Shown here: positions 9,632-20,436 of the stretch, piece after piece
How positions within the stretch are numbered: position 1 is the stretch's first letter
Layout: the number at the start of each line of letters is the position of its first letter
Assembly (NCBI GenBank): GCA_963716505.1
Contig: CAVQTL010000015.1
Span: 104,982-168,981 of the forward strand
DNA: 64,000 nucleotides
DNA from: an uncultured Actinomycetota bacterium
Lineage (GTDB): Bacteria > Actinomycetota > Actinomycetes > Mycobacteriales > Mycobacteriaceae
Reading direction: 5' to 3'
Program-made: the position numbers and the translations under genes
The notes under the pieces: generated by a model
Told to the model about the DNA's origin: nothing
The model's database searches: none
Seen by the model: only the letters and a program-made list of their open reading frames with translations

Positions 9632-10030
9632 ATGAAACACGGCCAAGAGCTGGGTTTCGACGACGACGGTCGACCTGTCCTGATCACCCGTGCCGCGCCC
9701 GCCTACGAGGAGCAGCACCGCGCGCGCGTACGCAAGTACCTGACGATCATGGCGTTCCGCATCCCTGCGCTGATCCTTGCGGCGGTGGCGTATGGCGTCT
9801 GGGAGAACGGACTCGTCTCACTGGGGATCATCGTGCTGTCGATACCGTTGCCGTGGATCGCGGTGCTCATCGCCAACGACCGGCCGCCGCGCCGCGCCGA
9901 GGAGCCACGGCGGTACGCGGCACGCCGCATACCGCTGTTCCCGACCGCTGAACGGCCCGCAATCGAGCAGCGGGCAGGATCGGCGCCGCAACCCGACGGC
10001 GTCGATCGCAACGGCGACGTTCCTTCCTGA
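9632..10030 (+). CDS. DUF3099 family membrane protein (Rv2709-like)
   Basis: RVRKYLTIMAFRIP...LPWIAVLIAN; two TM segments; directly upstream of sigB. Confidence 0.9.
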   Translation: MKHGQELGFDDDGRPVLITRAAPAYEEQHRARVRKYLTIMAFRIPALILAAVAYGVWENGLVSLGIIVLSIPLPWIAVLIANDRPPRRAEEPRRYAARRIPLFPTAERPAIEQRAGSAPQPDGVDRNGDVPS

Positions 10031-10047
10031 GCGGCGTCTAGCCGTAT

Positions 10048-10064
10048 TCTCAGACGATTCTCAG
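10048..10064 (+). promoter_or_regulatory. MprA-type box TCTCAG-N5-TCTCAG upstream of sigB
   Basis: Exact hexamer direct repeat with 5-nt spacer; sigB is a known MprAB target in mycobacteria. Confidence 0.75.
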
Positions 10065-10114
10065 GTCATCGAGGCAAAACCGCTGATCAACACGTGTGAA
10101 TCGGCCGGTTCGTG

Positions 10115-10140
10115 GGAACTCTTCGAAGCAATCAAGCGTT
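10115..10140 (+). promoter_or_regulatory. SigE/SigH-type promoter (GGAAC-N17-CGTT) of sigB
   Basis: GGAAC 10115-10119 and CGTT 10137-10140; matches the known ECF-sigma control of sigB. Confidence 0.8.
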
Positions 10141-10177
10141 GTAGACCTTGACAGTTCGAGCCGAGCAGGAGGCCCCG

Positions 10178-11137
10178 ATGGCAAATGCCACACTAAGCCG
10201 CTTCGACCACGACCTGGACGCTCAGAGTCCAGCCGCTGATCTGGTGCGCGTGTATCTGAACGGCATCGGCAAAACGGCTTTGCTCAACGCCGCCGATGAG
10301 GTTGAGCTCGCAAAGCGCATCGAGGCTGGCCTTTACGCACAGCATCTGCTGGCGACCCGTAAGCGCCTGGGCGAGAACCGCAAACGCGATCTCGCAATCG
10401 TGGTGCGCGACGGCCAGAAGGCCCGCAGCCATCTGCTCGAGGCCAACCTGCGCCTCGTCGTCTCGCTGGCGAAGCGCTACACCGGCCGTGGCATGCCGTT
10501 GCTGGACCTGATCCAGGAGGGCAACCTCGGTCTGATCCGCGCAATGGAGAAGTTCGACTACGCCAAGGGTTTCAAGTTCTCCACGTACGCCACCTGGTGG
10601 ATCCGGCAGGCGATCACCCGCGGCATGGCCGACCAGAGCCGCACCATCCGGTTGCCCGTCCACCTCGTTGAGCAGGTCAACAAGCTCGCCCGCATCAAGC
10701 GGGAGATGCACCAGAACCTGGGCCGTGAGGCCACCGACGAGGAATTGGCCGAGGAATCCGGCATTCCCGCCGAAAAGATCGCCGACCTGCTCGAGCACAG
10801 CCGTGACCCGGTGAGCCTCGACATGCCTGTCGGCAGCGACGAGGAAGCCCCGCTTGGCGACTTCATCGAGGACGCCGAGGCGATGTCGGCCGAGAACGCC
10901 GTCATCTCCGAACTGCTGCACACCGACATTCGCCATGTGCTGGCCACGCTCGACGAGCGTGAGCAGCAGGTGATCCGGCTGCGGTTCGGCCTCGACGACG
11001 GCCAGCCCCGCACGCTCGACCAGATCGGCAAACTCTTCGGGTTGTCCCGGGAACGAGTGCGCCAGATCGAGCGTGAGGTGATGGCCAAACTGCGCAACGG
11101 CGAACGTGCCGACCGCTTGCGCTCCTATGCCAGCTAG
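10178..11137 (+). CDS. sigB: RNA polymerase sigma factor SigB
   Basis: [17 protein letters not shown], sigma regions 2-4, ends ADRLRSYAS; followed by ideR. Confidence 0.98.
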   Translation: MANATLSRFDHDLDAQSPAADLVRVYLNGIGKTALLNAADEVELAKRIEAGLYAQHLLATRKRLGENRKRDLAIVVRDGQKARSHLLEANLRLVVSLAKRYTGRGMPLLDLIQEGNLGLIRAMEKFDYAKGFKFSTYATWWIRQAITRGMADQSRTIRLPVHLVEQVNKLARIKREMHQNLGREATDEELAEESGIPAEKIADLLEHSRDPVSLDMPVGSDEEAPLGDFIEDAEAMSAENAVISELLHTDIRHVLATLDEREQQVIRLRFGLDDGQPRTLDQIGKLFGLSRERVRQIEREVMAKLRNGERADRLRSYAS

Positions 11138-11150
11138 CAGCCCCTCCAGG

Positions 11151-11183
11151 AAGGCCCGCCGGTGAAAGCCGGCGGGCCTTTTT
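11151..11183 (+). terminator. Intrinsic terminator after sigB
   Basis: AAGGCCCGCCGG-TGAAAG-CCGGCGGGCCTT hairpin followed by a T run. Confidence 0.9.
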
Positions 11184-11257
11184 GCTACACGCTGACGGTG
11201 TAGAACCCCTATTCGCCCAGCTAGGCCGGTAGACTCTGGCGTGACGAAGGGTTGCTC

Positions 11258-11950
11258 ATGAACGATCTGGTCGATACCACTGAGATGTATCTGCGGACCA
11301 TCTACGACCTCGAAGAAGAGGGCGTAGTGCCGCTGCGTGCGCGCATCGCCGAGCGTCTCGAGCAGAGCGGCCCGACCGTGAGCCAGACCGTCTCCCGGAT
11401 GGAGCGCGACGGCCTCCTGCACGTCGCCGGTGACCGGCACCTGGAACTGACCGACAAGGGCCGCGCCCTGGCCGTCGCCGTGATGCGCAAGCACCGGCTG
11501 GCCGAGCGGCTGCTGGTCGACGTCATCGGGCTGCCGTGGGAGGAAGTGCATGCCGAGGCGTGCCGCTGGGAGCATGTGATGAGCGAGGACGTCGAACGGC
11601 GCCTCGTCCAGGTGCTCGACAACCCGACGGTGTCACCGTTCGGCAATCCCATCCCCGGCCTGTCCGAGCTCGGTGTCGGCAACTGGATCGGCTCCGACGA
11701 CCGCAACCTCGTGCGGCTGACCGAGCTGCCAGCCGGCTTCCCGGTTGCCGTCGTAGTGCGCCAGCTGACCGAACACGTCCAGGGTGACGTCAACCTCATC
11801 GCCCGGCTCAAGGAAGCCGGTGTGGTTCCCAACGCACGGGTGACCGTCGAAACCGGCCCCAACGGCGGAGTGATGATCGTGATCCCGGGCCACGAGCAGG
11901 TCGAGCTGCCGCACGAGATGGCGCACGCCGTGAAGGTGGAAAAGGTCTAA
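11258..11950 (+). CDS. ideR: Iron-dependent repressor IdeR (DtxR family)
   Basis: MNDLVDTTEMYLRTIYDLEEEG, HRLAERLL, EACRWEHVMS, C-terminal SH3-like domain. Confidence 0.98.
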   Translation: MNDLVDTTEMYLRTIYDLEEEGVVPLRARIAERLEQSGPTVSQTVSRMERDGLLHVAGDRHLELTDKGRALAVAVMRKHRLAERLLVDVIGLPWEEVHAEACRWEHVMSEDVERRLVQVLDNPTVSPFGNPIPGLSELGVGNWIGSDDRNLVRLTELPAGFPVAVVVRQLTEHVQGDVNLIARLKEAGVVPNARVTVETGPNGGVMIVIPGHEQVELPHEMAHAVKVEKV

Positions 11951-11971
11951 AAGGCCTCAGCCGCAACGGAA

Positions 11972-12998
11972 CTAACCTGCCCGCCGTCCGAATTCCCGTC
12001 GTTTCGGCAACTGCAGGCCGAGCCGCTTTGCGAGCCGGTATCCCGTCGCCGCGAGCTCGCGAATCTGTTCGGGCCGCATCCCTGACTGCAGCGCTGTGTC
12101 GAGCATGCCCGCCATCCGGTGCGTGGCATCGCAGCGCAGCGCCGCCTCCAGTGACACCCCGGCCAACGGTCCGTCCCCGCGGGCGTAGGCGGAGAACGCC
12201 AACAACACCAGCGCCTCGACCCGCCACGGCGTGGGAAGCGCGCGGGACAGCCCCGCCCACAGCGCCTCGGCCTGCGCGGCCTTGTCCCCCACCGCCAGTG
12301 CGTAGAGCACGTCGCGCACCTGCGGATCGGTCAAGGCGTGCGCCAGCCTGGCCATCACGGTCGCCGGCAGCTCTCTCCCCGACGCCGCCCGCGCCGCCGC
12401 CGTCATCGCTTCCTCGACGGCACCCGCCGGGTCGACCTTCGCGTCGGCCTGGCTCGCGGATCACGCCGGCCAGGGCGTCGCTTGCGGCCGCATCGGTGAC
12501 CGCGATGACCTTCTGAAGCTCCTCGCGGCGGGCGTACAGCCGTCGGCCGTCCAGTACGGCCGCCATGGCCAGCGGCGACGCTGACGGGTCGTCCACCGTG
12601 CCCCAGCTGCCGTCCAGGCAGTGCCACCGCCCGTCCGGGCCAACCGTGTCGACGATGTGGAAGTCGAGCAGCTCGATCGCGTGGCCGGCAAGGCTGTCCT
12701 TGAGCGCACTGCGAAGATCCCAGTAGTCGTCATTGCACAGGCGACAGCCGGCGCCCTCGGCGTCGACGACGACCGCGATCGCGGCGTCCGGACCTGCCGC
12801 CGCGGCGACCTCGGCGACGTGGCCTACGGAGCCGAACAGCTCCGTCGAAAGGTCAACGCGCATCACGCAACCCAATTCTCCACGGTCGATGGTCACCAGA
12901 ACGAGGGACTTTTCGGGCACGAAGCCGAGAACGGCGGGCAGCGCCGCGATCAGCGCGCCGGGTCGGTTGAGCTGGAAGTCGGAATGCGATGTCGTCAT
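11972..12998 (-). CDS. DUF4192 family protein (Rv2712c-like), +1 frameshift at about 12451
   Basis: PGALIAALPAVLGFVP in the first frame and RDVLYALA...ARGDGPLAGVSL...HRMAGML in the next. Confidence 0.85.
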
Positions 12999-13093
12999 GC
13001 CACGACAATCGGTGCCTGCGCTGACCAGTGAGCGCCATAACCGCGCAGCCGCCATGGTGCTGTGGATGAACTCGCGACTGGGTATGAATGGCT

Positions 13094-13825
13094 CTAGCGC
13101 GGAATCAGTTGGCGCACCTTGAGCACCGCATCGGTGAACAGCGTGTCCAGCGCCTGGGTGTCGGGTGTGTCGTCCGACGACCCGTGCTGCTGCCACGACG
13201 CCGTCACCCGGACGTCGTCGACCAGGGCGACCAGCGTCAGCGTCCTGGTGTCCGGCTCATCGGGGGACTTCGCAGTGACGGTCTGGTCGACCGCGTAGGT
13301 GTCATCGGCGTCCACCGGCGGTGCCGGCGGCAGATCGACGGTCACCTCCGACACCTCGTCTGCGTCCCCGCCCGCCGTGCTGGTGAACGACGGGCAGTCG
13401 ATGAGCTGGGCGACCCTGGCGCGGACCGAGGGCACCGGCCGGGTGACCGTGACGATGAGGCGGCTACCGCTTTCGTCGTCGATTCCCTGCACGGCGGCTG
13501 ACTGCTCGGCCAGCGCCGGCAGCGGCGCACATTCGGGCGGCGTCACCTCGGATCCGGCCGGGACGCCGTCGATTTCGGCGAGCACGCGGTCGACGTCCTT
13601 CGGAGGTAGCGCGGCCGCCGGATACTGCGCGGGGAATCGTGTCGGGTCGATCAGCAAGTCAGCCACCGGAATCGGCCGGGCGGGCCGGACCTGTGGGTCA
13701 CCGCCGCGCGCGGTGCCGGTGACCACTTTCGCGCAGCCACCGACCAGTACCGCGACCGTCAGCACGGCGCAACCGACAGCGGGCAGCGTCGACCCGCGCA
13801 GAACCGTGCCCACCATGGTCGCCAT
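13094..13825 (-). CDS. Putative lipoprotein, unknown function
   Basis: Lipobox LVGG-C; VTPPEC...DCPSF Cys pair typical of mycobacterial sensor-like lipoproteins. Confidence 0.8.
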   Translation of the reverse strand: MATMVGTVLRGSTLPAVGCAVLTVAVLVGGCAKVVTGTARGGDPQVRPARPIPVADLLIDPTRFPAQYPAAALPPKDVDRVLAEIDGVPAGSEVTPPECAPLPALAEQSAAVQGIDDESGSRLIVTVTRPVPSVRARVAQLIDCPSFTSTAGGDADEVSEVTVDLPPAPPVDADDTYAVDQTVTAKSPDEPDTRTLTLVALVDDVRVTASWQQHGSSDDTPDTQALDTLFTDAVLKVRQLIPR

Positions 13826-13961
13826 CGTCTCACTGGCTGGTCCCTGCCGCTTTCAGGCGCGCGGCGCACGTTCTCCGACAGCCAACCCCCGCAGACGTTG
13901 TTCACCGCGTATTGACCGCGTCGGCATGCGAGATCGCCGCAATCGGCGTACACCTTCACAT

Positions 13962-15377
13962 ATGGCTTCGGTGTTGGAGTACGACCTCGTCGTGATCGGT
14001 TCGGGTCCCGGCGGGCAGAAGGCCGCCATCGCGGCGGCAAAGCTCGGCAAGTCGGTCGCCGTCATCGAGCGCGGCCGGATGCTTGGCGGCGTCTGTGTGA
14101 ACACCGGAACCATCCCGTCCAAGACGCTGCGCGAAGCGGTGGTCTACCTGACCGGCATGAGCCAGCGAGAGCTTTACGGCGCAAGCTACCGGGTCAAGGA
14201 GAAGATCACCCCCGCCGACCTGCTGGCCCGCACCACCCACGTCATCACCAAGGAGCAGGACGTGGTGCGCAGCCAGCTGATGCGCAACCGGGTCGACCTC
14301 CTCACCGGGCACGGCCGGTTCATGGACGCACACACCCTCTGCGTCGACGACCAGACTCGCGGCGAAAGGACCACTGTCCGAGGCGAATACATCGTCATCG
14401 CCACCGGCACCAAGCCGGCGCGCCCCGCCGGTGTCGAATTCGACGAGGACCGGGTGCTCGACTCCGACGGCATCCTGGACCTGAAGTCGCTCCCGACGTC
14501 GATGGTGGTGGTCGGCGCAGGCGTGATCGGCATCGAGTACGCGTCGATGTTCGCCGCGCTCGGCACGAAGGTCACCGTCGTCGAGAAGCGCGAGAACATG
14601 CTGGACTTCTGCGATCCCGAAGTCGTCGAGGCGCTGAAGTTCCATCTGCGCGACCTGGCGGTGACGTTCCGCTTCGGCGAGGAGGTGACCGCCGTCGACG
14701 TCGGCGCCGCGGGCACGGTGACGACGCTGGCCAGCGGCAAGCAGATCCCCGCGGAAACGGTGATGTACTCGGCGGGCCGCCAGGGCCAGACCGAACACCT
14801 CGACGCGGAGAACGCAGGACTGGAGATCGACAGCCGCGGGCGGATCTTCGTCGACGACCAGTTCCAGACCAAGGTCGACCACATCTACGCCGTCGGCGAC
14901 GTGATCGGCTTTCCGGCACTGGCCGCCACGTCGATGGACCAAGGCAGGCTGGCGGCGTACCACGCGTTCGGCGAGCCGGTGAAGGGCATGACCGACCTGC
15001 AGCCGATCGGCATCTATTCGATCCCCGAGGTGTCCTATGTCGGCGCCACGGAGGTCGATCTGACCCGCGACTCCATTCCGTACGAGGTCGGGGTGTCGCG
15101 GTATCGCGAGCTGGCCCGCGGCCAGATTGCAGGCGATTCGTACGGCATGGTCAAGCTGCTCGTCTCAACCGAGGACCTGCGGCTGCTCGGCGTCCACATC
15201 TTCGGGACGAGTGCCACCGAGCTGGTGCACATCGGCCAGGCGGTGATGGGCTGCGGCGGCACCGTCGAGTATCTCGTCGACGCCGTCTTCAACTACCCGA
15301 CGTTCTCGGAGGCCTACAAGGTCGCTGCACTCGACGTGATGAACAAGCTGCGCGCGCTCAGCCAGTTCCGCACCTAG
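13962..15377 (+). CDS. sthA: Soluble pyridine nucleotide transhydrogenase
   Basis: GSGPGG FAD motif, [34 protein letters not shown]; synteny with Rv2713. Confidence 0.95.
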   Translation: MASVLEYDLVVIGSGPGGQKAAIAAAKLGKSVAVIERGRMLGGVCVNTGTIPSKTLREAVVYLTGMSQRELYGASYRVKEKITPADLLARTTHVITKEQDVVRSQLMRNRVDLLTGHGRFMDAHTLCVDDQTRGERTTVRGEYIVIATGTKPARPAGVEFDEDRVLDSDGILDLKSLPTSMVVVGAGVIGIEYASMFAALGTKVTVVEKRENMLDFCDPEVVEALKFHLRDLAVTFRFGEEVTAVDVGAAGTVTTLASGKQIPAETVMYSAGRQGQTEHLDAENAGLEIDSRGRIFVDDQFQTKVDHIYAVGDVIGFPALAATSMDQGRLAAYHAFGEPVKGMTDLQPIGIYSIPEVSYVGATEVDLTRDSIPYEVGVSRYRELARGQIAGDSYGMVKLLVSTEDLRLLGVHIFGTSATELVHIGQAVMGCGGTVEYLVDAVFNYPTFSEAYKVAALDVMNKLRALSQFRT

Positions 15378-15380
15378 ACA

Positions 15381-16157
15381 TCAGCAGTCGTCGTCGAACA
15401 CCGCCGGCGCTTCGTCACCGGGCCCGCCCGCCTCGGCACGCGTCAACAGCGCGACGACCCCGTCGTCGAACGGCGGGGAGTACGAGACGTTCTCATCGCA
15501 TCCGCCTCCGTCGAGCCCGCCGATCAACCCGATGATGGTCAGCCCGGTGGTCCATGGTGAACCACTGGTTCCATCGACAAGACCACCGCATGGCAGCAAC
15601 GGGAAGCCGCCTGGCGCCAGCTCCGTTTCGGTTTTGCAGCCGACCGGGCCGCCTCCGACACCCAGCCCGTATCCGGTGACGTTGACCACCGTGCCCGGCT
15701 TCGGCGCGGTACCGATCGCCAGCCCGCCGCCTGCCTCATCTTCGACCGTGCCGCCGCCATCGCGCGCCACTCGCAGAATTGCGAAGTCCGCCAACGGATC
15801 CTGGTTCGTCACCCATCGCGGGTCGAGGTAGATCGAGTCGACCCGCCAGACGTGGGCCGGGTCGGCGGAGTCCTTGAAGCCGGCGACGAATGTGGTGTCG
15901 ACGTCCGCGGCGACGCAGTGCGCGGCGGTGAGAATCAGGTCGCCGCCCTTCGAGTCGATCACGCCCGCGGTGCACGTATGCAGATCGCCCGCACCGAGAA
16001 ACAGCGCGCCGATCCTCGCGTCCGGCGGAACGGGAGCAGCGGTCATCCTCGTCGCCTTTGGCGGCGGGCTTGTCGCATGGATCTCCGGCGGGGCCGCTCG
16101 GCCGCAGCCGCCCGTCAACGCCAGCAGCCCGATCACCAGCACCGCCGACACCCGCAT
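15381..16157 (-). CDS. Trypsin-like serine protease lipoprotein
   Basis: Lipobox LTGG-C; catalytic motifs LTAAHC, DFAIL and GTSGSPW. Confidence 0.88.
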   Translation of the reverse strand: MRVSAVLVIGLLALTGGCGRAAPPEIHATSPPPKATRMTAAPVPPDARIGALFLGAGDLHTCTAGVIDSKGGDLILTAAHCVAADVDTTFVAGFKDSADPAHVWRVDSIYLDPRWVTNQDPLADFAILRVARDGGGTVEDEAGGGLAIGTAPKPGTVVNVTGYGLGVGGGPVGCKTETELAPGGFPLLPCGGLVDGTSGSPWTTGLTIIGLIGGLDGGGCDENVSYSPPFDDGVVALLTRAEAGGPGDEAPAVFDDDC

Positions 16158-16261
16158 GGCACCTGATCTTGCCCGATCGCAACGGCGCGGTGCCGGTTCA
16201 CGTGGACTTCAGAGCGGGCCAACCGGGCCAATGAGACACTGGAAGTCGCGGTGTTGAGGAG

Positions 16262-17263
16262 GTGGACCCAATCAGCGACGAGCACGACAAACAGGACCAG
16301 CGCTACGAGCCCGACCACAGCGGGATGTACGAGCTGGAGTTCCCGGCGCCCCAATTGTCGTCGTCAGACGGCCGCGGGCCGGTGCTGATCCACGCCCTGG
16401 AGGGCTTCTCGGACGCCGGGCACGCGATCAAGCTGTCCGCCGAGCACCTGAAGAACTCCCTGGACACCGAGTTGGTGGCGTCGTTCGCCATCGACGAACT
16501 GCTGGACTACCGGTCGCGGCGGCCGTTGATGACGTTCAAGACCGACCACTTCACCCACTACGAGGATCCCGAGCTGAGCCTGTACGCCCTGCACGACAGC
16601 GTGGGGACGCCGTTCCTGCTGCTCGCGGGCATGGAGCCGGACCTGCGCTGGGAGCGCTTCATCACGGCGGTACGGCTGCTGGCCGAACGCCTGGACGTCC
16701 GGCAGATCATCGGGCTGGGCACCATCCCGATGGCGGTGCCGCACACCCGACCGATGACGCTGACCGCCCACGCCAACAACAAGGAGCTGATCGCGGCCCA
16801 CACGCCGTGGGTCGGCGAGGTGCAGGTACCCGGCAGCGTGTCCAACCTGCTGGAGTTCCGGATGGCCCAGCACGGACACGATGTGGTCGGGTTCACCGTT
16901 CACGTGCCGCACTACCTCGCCCAGACCGACTACCCGGCCGCCGCGGAGGCGCTGCTCGTGCAGGTCGCCAAGTCCGGCTCGTTGCAGCTGCCGGTGGCCG
17001 CGCTGTCGGAGGCGGCCGCCGAAGTGGCGGCCAAAGTGGAGGAACAGGTCAGCGGGAGCACCGAGGTCGCCCAAGTGGTGGAGGCCCTTGAGCGCCAGTA
17101 CGATGCCTTCATCGCAGCCCAGGAGAACAAATCACTGCTGGCCCGCGACGAGGATCTGCCCAGCGGTGACGAACTCGGCGCCGAGTTCGAGCGCTTTCTC
17201 GCACAGCACGCCCGGGACAAGAAGAGAACGGAAGGCTTCCAAGACGGGGACGACGGCGAATAG
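16262..17263 (+). CDS. PAC2-family proteasome assembly chaperone-like protein (Rv2714-like)
   Basis: EGFSDAG, DELLDYRSRRP, PHTRP, VHVPHYLAQTDYP motifs. Confidence 0.92.
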   Translation: MDPISDEHDKQDQRYEPDHSGMYELEFPAPQLSSSDGRGPVLIHALEGFSDAGHAIKLSAEHLKNSLDTELVASFAIDELLDYRSRRPLMTFKTDHFTHYEDPELSLYALHDSVGTPFLLLAGMEPDLRWERFITAVRLLAERLDVRQIIGLGTIPMAVPHTRPMTLTAHANNKELIAAHTPWVGEVQVPGSVSNLLEFRMAQHGHDVVGFTVHVPHYLAQTDYPAAAEALLVQVAKSGSLQLPVAALSEAAAEVAAKVEEQVSGSTEVAQVVEALERQYDAFIAAQENKSLLARDEDLPSGDELGAEFERFLAQHARDKKRTEGFQDGDDGE

Positions 17264-17296
17264 CCCATCACCCGGTCCGACAACGAGGTTGGCCAC

Positions 17297-18328
17297 ATGA
17301 CAGCGCGAAAGCCACGAAAGCCCAATCTGCGTCCCGTGCGTGAGCTGACGCCCACGTTGCAGTATCGCACCATCCACGGCTACCGGCGCGCGTACCGGGT
17401 CGCCGGATCTGGTCCCGCGATACTGCTGATCCACGGGATCGGCGACAACTCCACCACATGGAGCAGCGTGCAATCCACGCTCGCCCAACGATTCACCGTC
17501 ATCGCCCCCGACCTGCTCGGCCACGGGAAGTCCGACAAGCCGCGCGCCGACTACTCCGTTGCGGCATACGCGAACGGGATGCGCGATCTGCTCAGCGTGC
17601 TCGACATCGAGCGGGTCACGGTGGTCGGGCATTCGCTCGGCGGTGGCGTCGCGATGCAGTTCGCCTACCAGTTCCCGCAATTGGTGGACCGGCTGATCCT
17701 GATCGGTTCGGGCGGGGTGACCAAAGACGTCAACTTCGCGCTTCGGATCGCCTCCCTTCCGATGGGCAGTGAGGCACTGGCGCTGCTGCGGCTGCCGCTG
17801 GTGCTGCCTGCGCTGCAGGCCTTCGGGCGCGTCGCGGGAGTCGCGATCGGCTCAACCGGCCTCGGTCGCGACCTGCCCGACATGCTGCGAATTCTCGAGG
17901 ACCTGCCCGAGCCGACCGCGTCGTCGGCATTCGCCCGCACACTACGTGCCGTCGTCGACTGGCGTGGCCAGGTGGTCACCATGCTGGACCGATGTTATCT
18001 GACGGAATCCGTTCCGGTGCAACTGATCTGGGGCTCGCGCGACTCGGTGATCCCGGCCAGCCACGCACGGCTCGCACACGCCGCAATGCCCGGCTCCCAA
18101 TTGGAGATCTTCGAGGGGTCCGGGCATTTCCCGTTCCACGACGACCCCGACCGCTTCGTGGAAATCGTCGAGCGGTTCATCGACTCGACCGAACCGGCCA
18201 CCCACGACCAGGAGATGCTGCGCAGCCTGCTGCGCAACGGCCGCGATGAGGGTGCACTCTCCGGGTCGATCGACACCCGCGTCGCGGTGCTCGATGCGAT
18301 GGATGCCGACGAACGCAGCGCCACCTGA
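17297..18328 (+). CDS. Alpha/beta hydrolase (Rv2715-like)
   Basis: [27 protein letters not shown]. Confidence 0.92.
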   Translation: MTARKPRKPNLRPVRELTPTLQYRTIHGYRRAYRVAGSGPAILLIHGIGDNSTTWSSVQSTLAQRFTVIAPDLLGHGKSDKPRADYSVAAYANGMRDLLSVLDIERVTVVGHSLGGGVAMQFAYQFPQLVDRLILIGSGGVTKDVNFALRIASLPMGSEALALLRLPLVLPALQAFGRVAGVAIGSTGLGRDLPDMLRILEDLPEPTASSAFARTLRAVVDWRGQVVTMLDRCYLTESVPVQLIWGSRDSVIPASHARLAHAAMPGSQLEIFEGSGHFPFHDDPDRFVEIVERFIDSTEPATHDQEMLRSLLRNGRDEGALSGSIDTRVAVLDAMDADERSAT

Positions 18329-18363
18329 CCTGCGCCGCTCCACCACGTCGTAGCATCGGGCGC

Positions 18364-19050
18364 ATGGCCATCGACGTGACTGTGCTGCGTGTTTTCACCG
18401 ATGCGGACGGGAAGTTCGGCAACCCGCTCGGCGTCGTCGACGCGAGCACGGTGGACCCCGCCGATCGACAGCGGATCGCCACCGAATTGGGTTACAGCGA
18501 AACGATATTCATCGATGTCCCGCAGCCTGATGCGAAAACGGCGCACGCCCGGATCTTCACCCCGGCCACCGAACTCCCCTTCGCAGGTCATCCGACCGTC
18601 GGCGCGTCATGGTGGCTGCGCGACATCGGCCGCCCGGTACACACCCTCCAGGTGCCCGCCGGAGTCGTTCAGGTCGTTTACGACGACGACATGGTCGCCA
18701 TAAGGGCGCGGGCCGAATGGGCGCCGGATTTCGCGATCTACGACCTCGATTCCACCGAAGAACTCTTTGCCGCTGAACCCGACGACTACCCCGACGACGT
18801 CGAGAACTATCTGTGGACGTGGACCGACCGGGACAACGGCGTGCTGCGTTCGAGGATGTTCGCGGTCGGCCTCGGCGTGCCCGAGGACGAGGCGACCGGC
18901 GCGGCGGCGGTTCGTATCACCGACTATCTCAGCCGCGATCTCACCATCGTGCAGGGCAAGGGTTCGGTCATCCAGACCCAGTGGAGTGCCGACGGATGGG
19001 TACGGGTGGCGGGTCGGGTGGTCAACGACGGGACCAAACAGATCGACTGA
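18364..19050 (+). CDS. PhzF family protein (Rv2716-like)
   Basis: [31 protein letters not shown]. Confidence 0.92.
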   Translation: MAIDVTVLRVFTDADGKFGNPLGVVDASTVDPADRQRIATELGYSETIFIDVPQPDAKTAHARIFTPATELPFAGHPTVGASWWLRDIGRPVHTLQVPAGVVQVVYDDDMVAIRARAEWAPDFAIYDLDSTEELFAAEPDDYPDDVENYLWTWTDRDNGVLRSRMFAVGLGVPEDEATGAAAVRITDYLSRDLTIVQGKGSVIQTQWSADGWVRVAGRVVNDGTKQID

Positions 19051-19061
19051 CGCGCAGGCAG

Positions 19062-19550
19062 TCAGCCGCGGGTGGGATGGGGGGACCTCCCGCTTGCGGG
19101 GGACTCGCGGTGCGCCCGCAGCGCTTCGATCTCGCGCTCGAAGTCGTCGGCGGAGGAGAACGACCGGTACACCGAGGCGAACCGGAGGTAGGCGACCTCG
19201 TCGAGATCCCGGAGCGGACCGAGGATCGCCAGTCCGACCTCGTGACTGGGCACCTCAGGCGAGCCTGTGGCGCGCACGGTGTCTTCGACCTGCTGCGCCA
19301 GCAGGTTCAGGGCGTCGTCGTCGACCTGCCGCCCCTGGCAGGCCCGACGCACGCCCCTGATGACCTTCTCGCGGCTGAACGGCTCGGTGACACCGCTGCG
19401 CTTGACGACCGCGAGCACGGCGGTCTCGACGGTGGTGAACCGGCGTCCACACTCGGGACAGGATCTACGGCGCCGAATCGCCTGACCTTCGTCGGTTTCC
19501 CGGGAGTCGACGACCCGGGAATCGGGATGGCGGCAGAACGGACAGTGCAT
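19062..19550 (-). CDS. nrdR: Transcriptional repressor NrdR
   Basis: [37 protein letters not shown] cone, [10 protein letters not shown]; last codons come from a palindromic repeat. Confidence 0.97.
   Translation of the reverse strand: MHCPFCRHPDSRVVDSRETDEGQAIRRRRSCPECGRRFTTVETAVLAVVKRSGVTEPFSREKVIRGVRRACQGRQVDDDALNLLAQQVEDTVRATGSPEVPSHEVGLAILGPLRDLDEVAYLRFASVYRSFSSADDFEREIEALRAHRESPASGRSPHPTRG
19079..19105 (-). repeat. REP-like palindromic element, copy 1 (inside the 3' end of nrdR)
   Basis: Reverse complement reads AGTCCCCCGCAAGCGGGAGGTCCCCCC, with internal hairpin CCCGC-AA-GCGGG. Confidence 0.7.
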
Positions 19551-19573
19551 GACTGCTCCTTCGCCGCGCCGAC

Positions 19574-19600
19574 AGTCCCCCGCAAGCGGGTGGGCCCCCA
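19574..19600 (+). repeat. REP-like palindromic element, copy 2 (just upstream of nrdR)
   Basis: AGTCCCCCGCAAGCGGGTGGGCCCCCA; first 17 nt identical to copy 1, in inverted orientation. Confidence 0.7.
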
Positions 19601-19755
19601 GCTTGCTTGGGGAGTGCCCCCAACCTAACTCGAACGCCTCCGAGCGTACCTTCGCGTACCGCTCGGAACCCAGCGTCCGGGTGATTGATGGCTGTCGCGC
19701 CCGCTCTCCGGCGATGGCCGTTGTGCGGCAACGCGTTTCACCGCGCACGATCCGG

Positions 19756-20226
19756 TCAGCCGACGGGTGCGATCAGGGTCTGCCCGGCGTCGAGCGACGC
19801 GGACTCGAGTTGGTTGAGTTCGCGGATGCGATCGATCACGTGCGCGACGGGCGCATCGGGTGCGACCCGATGGGCGACCTGCTGCAGCGTCTCCCCCGCC
19901 TGCACCTGGACCACGGCGAGCGTGTCGGGCACGGGCGTCGATGAGCCGGTGGTTCCGACGACCCCGCCGAACTGGGCCACCACACCGAGCCACACCGTGA
20001 TCAGCGCGGCGAGCAGGGCCAGTCCGACGGTGGTGGCGGGCGTGATCGGGCGCCTGCGGTGTGAGGCGCGCGACATCACCACGCCGGGGCCGCGGTAGTG
20101 CATGGGCGCCCCGCCCGGCCGCCGCAGGCGCTGAGGTGCGCGATGCGGCCGCCGTGCCGCAGACGGGCGGTAATGCCCCCGCAGAACCGGTGCTGCCAGG
20201 ACTTCTCGGGTGTCCAGAACTGTCAT
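19756..20226 (-). CDS. chiZ: LysM-domain membrane protein ChiZ (Rv2719c-like)
   Basis: One TM segment then LysM ([13 protein letters not shown]...IRELNQL...GQTLIAP); divergent from lexA. Confidence 0.88.
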   Translation of the reverse strand: MTVLDTREVLAAPVLRGHYRPSAARRPHRAPQRLRRPGGAPMHYRGPGVVMSRASHRRRPITPATTVGLALLAALITVWLGVVAQFGGVVGTTGSSTPVPDTLAVVQVQAGETLQQVAHRVAPDAPVAHVIDRIRELNQLESASLDAGQTLIAPVG

Positions 20227-20274
20227 CTGCCTCGCCTTCCGCTCCGCCTGTTCGCTCTTATGTTCGAACTCTAG

Positions 20275-20290
20275 TCGATCATGCGTTCGA
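20275..20290. promoter_or_regulatory. SOS box-like site near chiZ
   Basis: TCGATCATGCGTTCGA, 1 mismatch to TCGAAC-N4-GTTCGA; weaker 2-mismatch copies at 20252-20267 and 20295-20310. Confidence 0.6.
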
Positions 20291-20321
20291 TTAATAGAAC
20301 ATGTGATCGAACTGTTGCGAA

Positions 20322-20344
20322 ACGATAGAACAGGGCACCGACAA
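20322..20344 (-). promoter_or_regulatory. RecA-NDp/PafBC-type promoter of chiZ
   Basis: Minus strand reads TTGTCGGTG-N8-TATCGT, matching TTGTCRGTG-N8-TAnnnT. Confidence 0.8.
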
Positions 20345-20388
20345 ATCTCGGCGACGTCCGTCCCGGTGCCAACAGATCGCGACACGCC

Positions 20389-20404
20389 TCGAACACATGT
20401 TTGA
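20389..20404. promoter_or_regulatory. LexA (SOS) box of lexA
   Basis: TCGAACACATGTTTGA about 30 bp upstream of the lexA ATG. Confidence 0.9.
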
Positions 20405-20436
20405 TTATCGAGGCTGCGGCGACTACATTCGGCGCC

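Noticed and set aside
2320-10622. 50-bp exact identity between sigA (2320-2369) and sigB (10573-10622) as possible gene conversion
   Set aside because: It encodes the invariant sigma region 2.3-2.4 peptide [16 protein letters not shown] using preferred GC codons; constraint is a sufficient explanation.
13299-13961. 221-aa N-terminal extension on SthA (692-aa track ORF)
   Set aside because: Antisense to the lipoprotein gene 13094-13825; SthA homology starts at ATG 13962.
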